A DNA stretch of 64,000 bases from the NCBI GenBank assembly GCA_041653535.1, contig JBAZFH010000002.1:173011-237010 (forward strand), read 5' to 3'. A program made the position numbers and the translations under genes. Of this stretch, positions 15,010-22,461 are shown piece by piece; positions within the stretch are counted from its first letter, which is position 1; each line of letters opens with the position of its first letter. This DNA is from Patescibacteria group bacterium. GTDB lineage: Bacteria; Patescibacteriota; Patescibacteriia; JACRDY01. Under the pieces are notes generated by a model, which saw only the letters and a list, made by a program, of their open reading frames with translations, did no database searches and was not told the DNA's origin.

Positions 15010-18000
15010 ATGAATGAATATAATCACCAAGAAATAGAAAAGAAATGGCAGAAGGTTTGGACAGGGCAAAATATTTATCGCACTCGAGAAGACAAGGGTA
15101 GACCCAAGTTTTACATTTTGGATATGTTTCCCTATCCCTCTGGTGTGGGACTACATGTTGGTCATCCCAAAGGATATATTGCTACTGATATTTTTGGTCG
15201 GGCTAAATCAATGCAGGGCTACAATGTGCTCCATCCCATGGGATGGGACGCTTTTGGCTTGCCGGCAGAAAACTACGCTATCCAAAACAAAGTTCATCCG
15301 CGCCAGGCGACAGAAGAAAATATCAAAACTTTCAAAAATCAGCTAGCCATACTCGGTTTCACTTACGATTGGGAAAGAGAAATCAATACTACTGACCCGG
15401 CGTATTACAAATGGACGCAGTGGGCTTTTATTCAGATGTTCAAAAAAGGTCTTGCTTACGAATCATACGAGCCGATCAACTGGTGTCCATCTTGCAAAAC
15501 CGGTCTAGCCAACGAAGATCTGGAAAACGGTCTTTGCGAACGTTGCGGTTCAGAAGTAGAACGTAAACCCATTCGACAGTGGGTGCTAAAGATTACCGAT
15601 TACGCCGACCGACTACTAAACGATTTGGAAAAATTGCCGGACTGGGAAGAGTCGATCAAAGAAATGCAGAGGAATTGGATTGGGAGGTCGGAGGGGGTAG
15701 AGATAGAATTTAAAATTAAAAATAATGGTGAGCAGCAGTATAACCCACCAATTAATTGGTGGGTTAACAGTGGTGACGGAGACGTTTGGTTTTTTGTTAC
15801 TTTCCCGACTTACAGCCGAGGTTTATTTTTTGAAGAGCAAGGTGAGGCTCAGAAAATAATCAATATTTTTGAGCAGATTGTTAAGGAAAAAAAATATCAA
15901 GTGGCAGATATCGCGGTTATGCCAGAGCACGTACACCTGCTTGTTAAACGCGGAAAAAAAGACGATTTGGAAAAGATTGTTAAAAACCTCAAAGGTATTA
16001 GTTCTCGTTTGTATGATCAAAGCGAGGAGCATTTATGGGCTAAAAGTTTTGAATACGAAACGATAGAGAACCAAGTAGATTTTGATAAGGTGATTAGTTA
16101 TTTACAAAATAATCCGATCAAGGCGGGTTTGCCAAAAGATGGTAGACTTTTATCCGAGTATCGGATGACTACGATTGGTGGGTCAGTCGACAGGATTAAG
16201 GTGTTTACTACTCGACCGGACACGCTCTATGGCGCAACTTATTTAGTATTGTCGCCGGAGTACGCGTGGTTAAACTCAGTGTCGCCGGAGTACGCGTGGT
16301 TAAACCACCAATTAATTGGTGGTTTAACCAATGCAGATGAAGTGGTGGCTTATATCGAGAAGACCAAGCAAAAAACCGATCTAGCTCGCCAGGCGGAAAA
16401 AGAAAAAACCGGCGTTGAGTTAAAAGGCATCAAAGCTATCAATCCGGTTAATGGCGACGAGCTGCCGATTTTTATTGCCGACTATGTTTTGTCCAGTTAC
16501 GGCACGGGAGCTATCATGGCAGTGCCAGCTCACGATGAAAGAGATTTTGAATTTGCCAAGAAATTTAACTTGCCGATCATTCCGGTTATTAAAGATGAGG
16601 ATAAAGATAAACGTGGAACAATTTTGGTTATTCATGGACTATGCGGAAATTCTAATGAAAATTGGTTTCCGTGGTTAAAAGATAATGCCCAAAAAATTGG
16701 TTATGAGGTTTTAGTCCCAGATCTACCAAATGCAGATGAACCAAAAATGGAAGAATGGTTGTCGGTTTTAGCTGGTCTAAAAGAAAAATTAGTTGGTGAG
16801 ATAATTGTAATTGGTCATAGTTTGGGCGCTGCAGTGGCTTGTAAATTTGTTGAAGAAAATAATTTGAAAATAAATAAGTTAATTTTAGTTGCGCCGACTG
16901 GGTCAAGTCAAGGTGAAGATAATTGGCAAGCGTTAAAAAGTGCTGGTGTAACAGATAGTGGCATTCAAGCAATTAAAGATTTTAACGGAGTGAAAATTGA
17001 TTGGAAAAATTTGCAAAGTTTAATCGAAAGTCCGTTTATTTGTATGTCAGACAATGATCCATATATTCCGTTGGAAGTTCAGAATGATTATAAAGGAATA
17101 AATCCGGCAATTAGAATATTTTCTAACTGCGGTCATTTTAATCAAAAAGCGGGTTTTATCAAGTTTCCTGAATTAATGGCGGAGATCATGGATGGGGCTT
17201 ATGTCGGCAAAGGTGGTTTGGTTAATTCAGGAGAATTTGATGGTATGGAAGTTGATGAAGCCAAGAAAAAAATTACTAAAAAAGTTGGCGGCAAACTGAC
17301 CGTCCAATACAAACTTCGCGATTGGGTGTTTTCTCGCCAGCGTTATTGGGGCGAGCCGATTCCGCTCGTCAAATGCGACAAATGCGGCTGGGTAGCAGTA
17401 CCGGAAAAAGATTTGCCGGTCGAGCTTCCTGATGTAAGATTTTACGAGCCAACCGGTACGGGTGAATCACCGCTAGCTAATATTACCGACTGGGTAAATA
17501 CCACTTGCCCGGAGTGCGGCGGACCAGCTAAACGTGAAACCAACACCATGCCACAGTGGGCTGGATCATCTTGGTATTATTTACGTTATATCGATCCGCA
17601 CAATGATACGGCGCTAGTCGACAAGAAAAAAGAAAAATATTGGTCGCCGGTTGATTTTTACGTTGGTGGAGCTGAGCACGCGACACGACATTTGATTTAC
17701 GCTAGATTTTGGCACAAATTTTTGTATGATATTGGCGCGGTAAATTATGATGAGCCGTTTAAGAGATTGCAACACGTTGGATTGATACTAGCTGAAGACG
17801 GTCGCAAGATGAGTAAGCGTTGGGGCAACGTGATAAACCCAAACGATATCGTCCGCGATTATGGCGCTGACGCCATGCGTGTTTACGAAATGTTTATGGG
17901 ACCTTTTTCGCAACCCTGCGCTTGGAGTACAGATGGGTTGGTTGGAGCTAGAAGATTTTTGGTTAAGATATGGAAATTGCAAGATAAAGTAAAGGAGACG

Positions 18001-18474
18001 GAAATTGAGAAATTAGAAATTAAGAAATTGGTTCATAAGACGATTAAAAAGGTTACCGAAGATATTGAAAACTTTAGGTTCAACACCGCTATCTCGGCGA
18101 TGATGATTTTGGTTAACGAAATGGAAAAGGAAGAAAGTATTTCAGCCGCCAATTTTCAATTTCTCATTTCTATATTATCTCCTTTTGCTCCGCATATCTG
18201 CGAAGAGTTGTGGCAAAAGCTTGGTCACATTGACAGTATTACTGTGCGGCCTTGGCCGAAATATGACGAGAAGCTGATTGTTGACGACGTTGTTAGCTTA
18301 GTCGTTCAGGTCAACGGCAAACTAAGAGAAAATATTGAAGTAGCAAAAGACATCACGGAAAAAGAAGCAACCGAGCTGGTGCTAGCAAGCGAAAAAATAC
18401 AGAAATGGCTAGAAGGGAAAACACCAAAGAAAATAATTTTTGTTCCGGGTAAATTAATTAATATAGTTGTTTAA
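15010..18474 (+). CDS. leuS: Leucine-tRNA ligase with two large in-frame insertions (1154 aa)
   Basis: HIGH motif (HVGHPKGY), CP1 editing motif TTRPDTLYGATY, AHDERDFEFA, RDWVFSRQRYWGEPIP, KMSKS motif (RKMSKRWGN), and a C-terminal anticodon-binding region, all in one frame. About 300 codons longer than the 860-aa E. coli LeuRS. Confidence 0.95.
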   Translation: MNEYNHQEIEKKWQKVWTGQNIYRTREDKGRPKFYILDMFPYPSGVGLHVGHPKGYIATDIFGRAKSMQGYNVLHPMGWDAFGLPAENYAIQNKVHPRQATEENIKTFKNQLAILGFTYDWEREINTTDPAYYKWTQWAFIQMFKKGLAYESYEPINWCPSCKTGLANEDLENGLCERCGSEVERKPIRQWVLKITDYADRLLNDLEKLPDWEESIKEMQRNWIGRSEGVEIEFKIKNNGEQQYNPPINWWVNSGDGDVWFFVTFPTYSRGLFFEEQGEAQKIINIFEQIVKEKKYQVADIAVMPEHVHLLVKRGKKDDLEKIVKNLKGISSRLYDQSEEHLWAKSFEYETIENQVDFDKVISYLQNNPIKAGLPKDGRLLSEYRMTTIGGSVDRIKVFTTRPDTLYGATYLVLSPEYAWLNSVSPEYAWLNHQLIGGLTNADEVVAYIEKTKQKTDLARQAEKEKTGVELKGIKAINPVNGDELPIFIADYVLSSYGTGAIMAVPAHDERDFEFAKKFNLPIIPVIKDEDKDKRGTILVIHGLCGNSNENWFPWLKDNAQKIGYEVLVPDLPNADEPKMEEWLSVLAGLKEKLVGEIIVIGHSLGAAVACKFVEENNLKINKLILVAPTGSSQGEDNWQALKSAGVTDSGIQAIKDFNGVKIDWKNLQSLIESPFICMSDNDPYIPLEVQNDYKGINPAIRIFSNCGHFNQKAGFIKFPELMAEIMDGAYVGKGGLVNSGEFDGMEVDEAKKKITKKVGGKLTVQYKLRDWVFSRQRYWGEPIPLVKCDKCGWVAVPEKDLPVELPDVRFYEPTGTGESPLANITDWVNTTCPECGGPAKRETNTMPQWAGSSWYYLRYIDPHNDTALVDKKKEKYWSPVDFYVGGAEHATRHLIYARFWHKFLYDIGAVNYDEPFKRLQHVGLILAEDGRKMSKRWGNVINPNDIVRDYGADAMRVYEMFMGPFSQPCAWSTDGLVGARRFLVKIWKLQDKVKETEIEKLEIKKLVHKTIKKVTEDIENFRFNTAISAMMILVNEMEKEESISAANFQFLISILSPFAPHICEELWQKLGHIDSITVRPWPKYDEKLIVDDVVSLVVQVNGKLRENIEVAKDITEKEATELVLASEKIQKWLEGKTPKKIIFVPGKLINIVV
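15741..15766. repeat. 26-nt perfect palindrome TAACCCACCAATTAATTGGTGGGTTA
   Basis: Checked base by base. The 18-nt core CCACCAATTAATTGGTGG is at 15745-15762. It is translated as NPPINWWV. Confidence 0.95.
16250..16305 (+). repeat. Tandem duplication (26-nt unit, 30-nt period) TGTCGCCGGAGTACGCGTGGTTAAAC
   Basis: 16250-16275 and 16280-16305 are identical. Together they encode SPEYAWLN-SV-SPEYAWLN. Confidence 0.95.
16298..16329. repeat. 32-nt perfect palindrome GGTTAAACCACCAATTAATTGGTGGTTTAACC
   Basis: Checked base by base. It carries the same 18-nt core at 16305-16322. It is translated in a different frame from the first copy, as LNHQLIGGLT. Confidence 0.95.
16591..17190 (+). other. Alpha/beta serine-hydrolase domain (YdeN/RBBP9-like) inserted in-frame in leuS
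   Basis: TILVIHGLCGNSNENWFPWLK...YEVLVPDLPNADEP...VIGHSLGA (Ser codon 16819-16821)...LILVAPTG...SDNDPYIP...NCGHF (His codon 17134-17136). It lies between LeuRS motifs AHDERDFEFAKKFNLPI and GGLVNSGEFDG. Confidence 0.75.
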
Positions 18475-18475
18475 T

Positions 18476-18964
18476 ATGATGGAAGGTGGTGAAATAATAG
18501 AGCAAAGAAAAACAGACGGTTCTGGAGTTAAAGAAGAGGCGGCTTTGCTTATAGAGCTTCAGGCTGCAGCGGAAAAAGAATTGTCAGATTTGATTTCCCT
18601 TTTTGAGAGAGAAATCACTGCTCCTACCAAACAATTTTCCTTATTTATAAAAAATTCCGTCGAGAGGCTGAAAAACAATCGTGACAGTGGGGGTGGTGAA
18701 ATCAAAGATGGTTTTAATGATATCTTTTCTCGTTATAATGCGGTTTATTCCAAAAGAAAAGAGGATGGAGTTTTTCGTCACAACCTTTTTGATTATTTTG
18801 TTCACGCGGTAGGCGTTTTGGATTTGTTGAAAATGGATATTGATGAAGGCAAAGACAGTAAAAAAAGAAGAAAACAGGCGTTGGAGCTCATTCGTTATGA
18901 CTATGAAAAAGCCAAGTCTTTTCTGGCGCAAAAAATAAACGGTTCTAACGGAAAAGAAGTCTAA
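18476..18964 (+). CDS. Hypothetical protein (~162 aa)
   Basis: The ORF track starts at TTG 18467, inside leuS. The first ATG (18476) is 1 nt after the leuS stop. I recognise no motif. Confidence 0.4.
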   Translation: MMEGGEIIEQRKTDGSGVKEEAALLIELQAAAEKELSDLISLFEREITAPTKQFSLFIKNSVERLKNNRDSGGGEIKDGFNDIFSRYNAVYSKRKEDGVFRHNLFDYFVHAVGVLDLLKMDIDEGKDSKKRRKQALELIRYDYEKAKSFLAQKINGSNGKEV

Positions 18965-18969
18965 GTTTT

Positions 18970-19671
18970 ATGCAAGCAGTGATACTAGCCGCCGGTCGTG
19001 GCGTACGTATGCAGCCTTTGACTTACGAAATACCAAAACCGATGCTCCGAGTGCAAGGCAAACCCATACTTGCTTACACCATAGATTTGTTGCCGGCAGA
19101 AATCGACGAAATTATTATTGTTGTTGGTTATCTCGGCGATCAGATCAAGGAATATTTCGGGCAAGACTACAACGGTAGAAAGGTTGTTTATGTCGAGCAG
19201 CAAGAACTGCTCGGTACAGGGCACGCATTGTCTTTATGTCGGGATATATTGCACGACAGATTTCTGGTTTTGATGGGAGATGATATATATTCTGCTGCCG
19301 ATATTCCGCGCTGTTTGGAGTACGAGCAAAGTATACTTGCCAAAGAAGTGACAGCCGAAGAAAAAAGAAATTACGGGGCGTTTGAAATAAACGACAAAGG
19401 AGATCTGATCGGTATTACCGAAAAAGAATTGCCGACCGGAGATAAGTTTTTGGTCAACACCGGTTTGTATGTACTAGACATGACATTTTTTGACTACGAT
19501 TTAGTCTCGATCAAAGACGGCAAAGAGTTTGGCCTACCGCAGACACTGGTGAATGTGGCCAAAGATCATCCGATCCGCATCGTGAAAACAGATTACTGGT
19601 TGCCGATAGGTTATCCTGATGATATCGAAAAAGCGGAGATATATTTGAGGAAAAATGGAGTGATTAGATAG
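18970..19671 (+). CDS. Sugar-1-phosphate nucleotidyltransferase (NTP_transferase family)
   Basis: 233 aa. MQAVILAAGRGVRMQPLTYEIPKPML matches the GxGxR signature, plus LLGTGHAL and GDD. Confidence 0.8.
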   Translation: MQAVILAAGRGVRMQPLTYEIPKPMLRVQGKPILAYTIDLLPAEIDEIIIVVGYLGDQIKEYFGQDYNGRKVVYVEQQELLGTGHALSLCRDILHDRFLVLMGDDIYSAADIPRCLEYEQSILAKEVTAEEKRNYGAFEINDKGDLIGITEKELPTGDKFLVNTGLYVLDMTFFDYDLVSIKDGKEFGLPQTLVNVAKDHPIRIVKTDYWLPIGYPDDIEKAEIYLRKNGVIR

Positions 19672-19703
19672 ATACTAGCCGCTAGCCGCTAGCGGCTAGT
19701 ATC
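19671..19703. repeat. 33-nt palindrome GATACTAGCCGCTAGC-C-GCTAGCGGCTAGTATC
   Basis: Two perfectly complementary 16-nt arms around one central base. It starts at the last base of the stop codon. Two copies of AGTATCTAGG follow (19698, 19724). Confidence 0.9.
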
Positions 19704-19761
19704 TAGGTCTTAGTATTTAGTATCTAGGGAACATTATCGCTTAATTTATAACCACCGTCCT

Positions 19762-20298
19762 ATGAACCTAGACGAAAAGATTCGCAAGATTCCCAATTGG
19801 CCAAAAGAGGGTATTTTGTTTTACGACGTGACTACGCTTTTTGAAGATCCGGCGGCGCTACGTTATACTATCGACAAAATGATCGAGCCGTATCGCGGAC
19901 AAAAAATCGACAAGATAGTAGCTATCGACGCGCGCGGATTCTTGCTCGCAACGCCAATGGCGCTAGAAATGAACACCGGAGTATCTCTAGTCCGCAAGAA
20001 AGGCAAACTACCCCACAAAACTGTGGAAGCTAGTTACGAAAAAGAATATGGTCCAGATACGATAGTCATGCACGAAGATACTATCAAACCCGGGGAAAAG
20101 GTTTTGATTGTTGACGATCTGCTTGCTACCGGCGGCACGATGCTGGCGTCAGTGGAGCTGGTACGAAAGCTTGGAGGAGAGGTAGTGGGTGCTAGCGTTT
20201 TGGTAAACCTGTCGTTTTTGCCAGGGCTGGAAAAGTTGAAAGCTGAAGGAATAAGAGTAAATTATTTGGTGGAGTATAATAATGAGGCGGTAGTGTAA
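19762..20298 (+). CDS. apt: Adenine phosphoribosyltransferase
   Basis: 178 aa. GILFYDVTTL and the PRPP motif VLIVDDLLATGGT. Confidence 0.9.
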   Translation: MNLDEKIRKIPNWPKEGILFYDVTTLFEDPAALRYTIDKMIEPYRGQKIDKIVAIDARGFLLATPMALEMNTGVSLVRKKGKLPHKTVEASYEKEYGPDTIVMHEDTIKPGEKVLIVDDLLATGGTMLASVELVRKLGGEVVGASVLVNLSFLPGLEKLKAEGIRVNYLVEYNNEAVV

Positions 20299-20324
20299 TC
20301 TAATAATGATAAAAAAGCTTGTTT

Positions 20325-21104
20325 ATGGATTTGTTTAAAAGTGCGGCAAAAGGTTATACGAAATATCGCGGAGAATATCCTAAAGAAGTAATTGAGAAAA
20401 TAATTGCTAAATTAAATTTAGATGGGTCAGGGCGTCTTTTGGATATCGGCTGTGGCGACGGCACATTAACCTTCGCATTATCGAAGTATTTTAAAGAAGT
20501 AGTTGCAGTGGATATAAGTATTGAAATGATAAATGAAGGGAAAAAAAGAGCCAAAGCATTAGGTGTTAACAATATTAATTGGATCGTAAAGAGCGCCAAT
20601 AGCTTAAATGATGATATCGGCAGATTTGATTGTATTACAATTGCTAAAGCGTTACATTGGTTTGATATAGAAAAAGTTTTATCTTTAAGCCATAAAATTT
20701 TAAAACATAATAGCGCAATTGTTATTTTAGGAGGAAAGAGTATTTGGAATTATGCACCAACAGAATGGGAGAAAAAAATAATTGAAATTATTAAAAAATA
20801 TCTTGGACCGGAAAGGATGACTATAAATGGCAAATTTCTGGTTTCACAAAAGCCCTACGAGGGTTATTTAAAGGAAGCGGGTTTTAAAAATATAAAGGTG
20901 TTTGGATATACTACGCCCAAAGGTCCTAAAACAGTTGACGAAGTTTTAGCCGAGCAGTTTTCGACTTCCTATGCGGCAAAAGAGCTTTTTGGCAATAGAT
21001 TAATCAATTTTGAACAAGAGTTGAAAAATGAATTATTAAAGATTCGTCCAGATAACAAATTTGTCAGCGAGTCTAGAGGAGATGTAATTATGGGGTTTAA
21101 ATAA
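20325..21104 (+). CDS. Class I SAM-dependent methyltransferase
   Basis: Start moved to the first ATG. LLDIGCGDGTLT (motif I) and a Methyltransf_11-like core. Noticeably AT-richer than its neighbours. Confidence 0.7.
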   Translation: MDLFKSAAKGYTKYRGEYPKEVIEKIIAKLNLDGSGRLLDIGCGDGTLTFALSKYFKEVVAVDISIEMINEGKKRAKALGVNNINWIVKSANSLNDDIGRFDCITIAKALHWFDIEKVLSLSHKILKHNSAIVILGGKSIWNYAPTEWEKKIIEIIKKYLGPERMTINGKFLVSQKPYEGYLKEAGFKNIKVFGYTTPKGPKTVDEVLAEQFSTSYAAKELFGNRLINFEQELKNELLKIRPDNKFVSESRGDVIMGFK

Positions 21105-21136
21105 TAGTTGAATGAATTAAGAATAATAAATAAAAT

Positions 21137-21868
21137 ATGAAAATCGGCATTATCGGTGGTAGTGGTCTAGATGATCCAAAGATTCTAGAAAACGCCACAG
21201 AAAAAGAAGTGGAGACACCTTATGGTATGCCTGCCAGTGCTTTGATTATTGGTAAAATTGGTAATACTGATGTAGTGGTGGCTTCACGCCATGGTAAAGA
21301 TCACACTATTACTCCAACGCACGTTCCTTTTCGCGCCAACATTTGGGCGCTCAAAGAAGAGGGCTGCACCCATATTTTGGCAACCACTGCTTGCGGCTCG
21401 CTACGCGAAGAAATTAAACCGGGCGACTTGGTTTTTATCGATCAGTTTATTGATAACACCAAACATCGGATTCTGACTTTTTTTGAAGATCGGGTAGTAC
21501 ATACGCCAATGGCCGAACCGTTTAGTCGGGAACTGCGCGACAAACTTTCAGCTGCAGCTAAAGACCTTGGCTTTGCTTATCACGATAAAGGTACGATGGT
21601 AACTATCGAAGGACCGCGCTTTTCTACCAAAGCCGAATCGCATATGTTTCGCGCTTGGGGCGCTGACGTGGTTAATATGTCGACAGTACCTGAAGTGATA
21701 CTAGCTAACGAGCTTGGCATTCCTTATCAATCAATTGCTATGGCAACAGATTATGACTGCTGGAAAGAGGATGTTGAGCCGGTAAGCTTTGAAATGATTT
21801 TGCAGCGGATGGCGGAAAACGCCGATAAAGTGAGGAAGCTGATTATCCAGGTAATAAAAAATTTTTAA
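21137..21868 (+). CDS. mtnP: S-methyl-5'-thioadenosine phosphorylase
   Basis: 243 aa. [33 protein letters not shown], and [13 protein letters not shown]...IDNTKHR. Confidence 0.85.
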   Translation: MKIGIIGGSGLDDPKILENATEKEVETPYGMPASALIIGKIGNTDVVVASRHGKDHTITPTHVPFRANIWALKEEGCTHILATTACGSLREEIKPGDLVFIDQFIDNTKHRILTFFEDRVVHTPMAEPFSRELRDKLSAAAKDLGFAYHDKGTMVTIEGPRFSTKAESHMFRAWGADVVNMSTVPEVILANELGIPYQSIAMATDYDCWKEDVEPVSFEMILQRMAENADKVRKLIIQVIKNF

Positions 21869-21896
21869 CAATTTAATAATTTAATTAAAAAAAAGT

Positions 21897-22445
21897 ATGA
21901 AAAAAAATTGGCAAATATTTGTCGTTTTGGCAATAATAATTTTGGCAGCTGCTTCGCGCTTAGTTCATCATCCGTTTAATTTTACGCCGATCATTGCTTT
22001 GGCGTTATTTGCTGGTTGTTATTCCAAAAAACATTGGGCGATAATTTTGCCTTTGGGAGCGATGTTGGTCAGCGATTATTTTATTGGTTTTTATGACTGG
22101 CAGGTGATGGCTTCGGTCTACGTCGGTTTTGCCATCGCTTTTTATATCGGTTGGTTTTTAAAAAAACACAAAACCTGGTACGGGGTTGGTGCCGCAGCGC
22201 TTATTTCCTCGGTGGTGTTTTTTGGGGTAACCAATTTCGCAGTTTGGGGATTTTTTGAATGGTATCCGCATACTTGGGCGGGGCTGGTTTCTTGTTTCAC
22301 CTTAGCTTTGCCATTTTTTCGCAACAGCTTAGCCGGAGATCTGATTTACAGCGCCGCTTTATTCGGATTATTTGAAACAGCTATTTATTTCGTAGATAAA
22401 AAAAATTGGATAAAGCAAAACACGACTTCTCCGGAAAAGGTGTAG
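21897..22445 (+). CDS. Integral membrane protein (5-6 TM), unknown function
   Basis: 182 aa, hydrophobic throughout. No catalytic motif recognised. Confidence 0.4.
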   Translation: MKKNWQIFVVLAIIILAAASRLVHHPFNFTPIIALALFAGCYSKKHWAIILPLGAMLVSDYFIGFYDWQVMASVYVGFAIAFYIGWFLKKHKTWYGVGAAALISSVVFFGVTNFAVWGFFEWYPHTWAGLVSCFTLALPFFRNSLAGDLIYSAALFGLFETAIYFVDKKNWIKQNTTSPEKV

Positions 22446-22461
22446 TTAATGTCTAAAAAAT

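Larger units (their letters stand above)
15721..16329 (+). mobile_element. RAYT/IS200-like HUH Y1-transposase domain plus REP-like palindromes on both sides, translated in-frame inside leuS
   Basis: VWFFVTFPTYSR...AVMPEHVHLLV (H-V-H at 15928-15936)...LWAKSFEYETIEN...ISYLQNNPIKAGL (Tyr codon 16099-16101). Perfect palindromes at 15741-15766 and 16298-16329. A half-site lies at 16174-16183. Confidence 0.7.

Noticed and set aside
15721-17190. Inteins as an explanation for the two leuS insertions
   Set aside because: Neither insert shows intein hallmarks: there is no Cys/Ser at an N-junction followed by Hint blocks, no terminal His-Asn plus Cys/Ser/Thr, and no LAGLIDADG or HNH endonuclease motifs. 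Their motifs are instead HUH/Y1-transposase and GxSxG alpha/beta-hydrolase.
15010-18474. leuS as a pseudogene or a mis-fused set of separate genes
   Set aside because: A single 1154-codon frame has no stops. It retains the HIGH, TTRPDT and KMSKS motifs and the C-terminal domain in the correct order. The inserts have no start/stop or ribosome-binding signals of their own.
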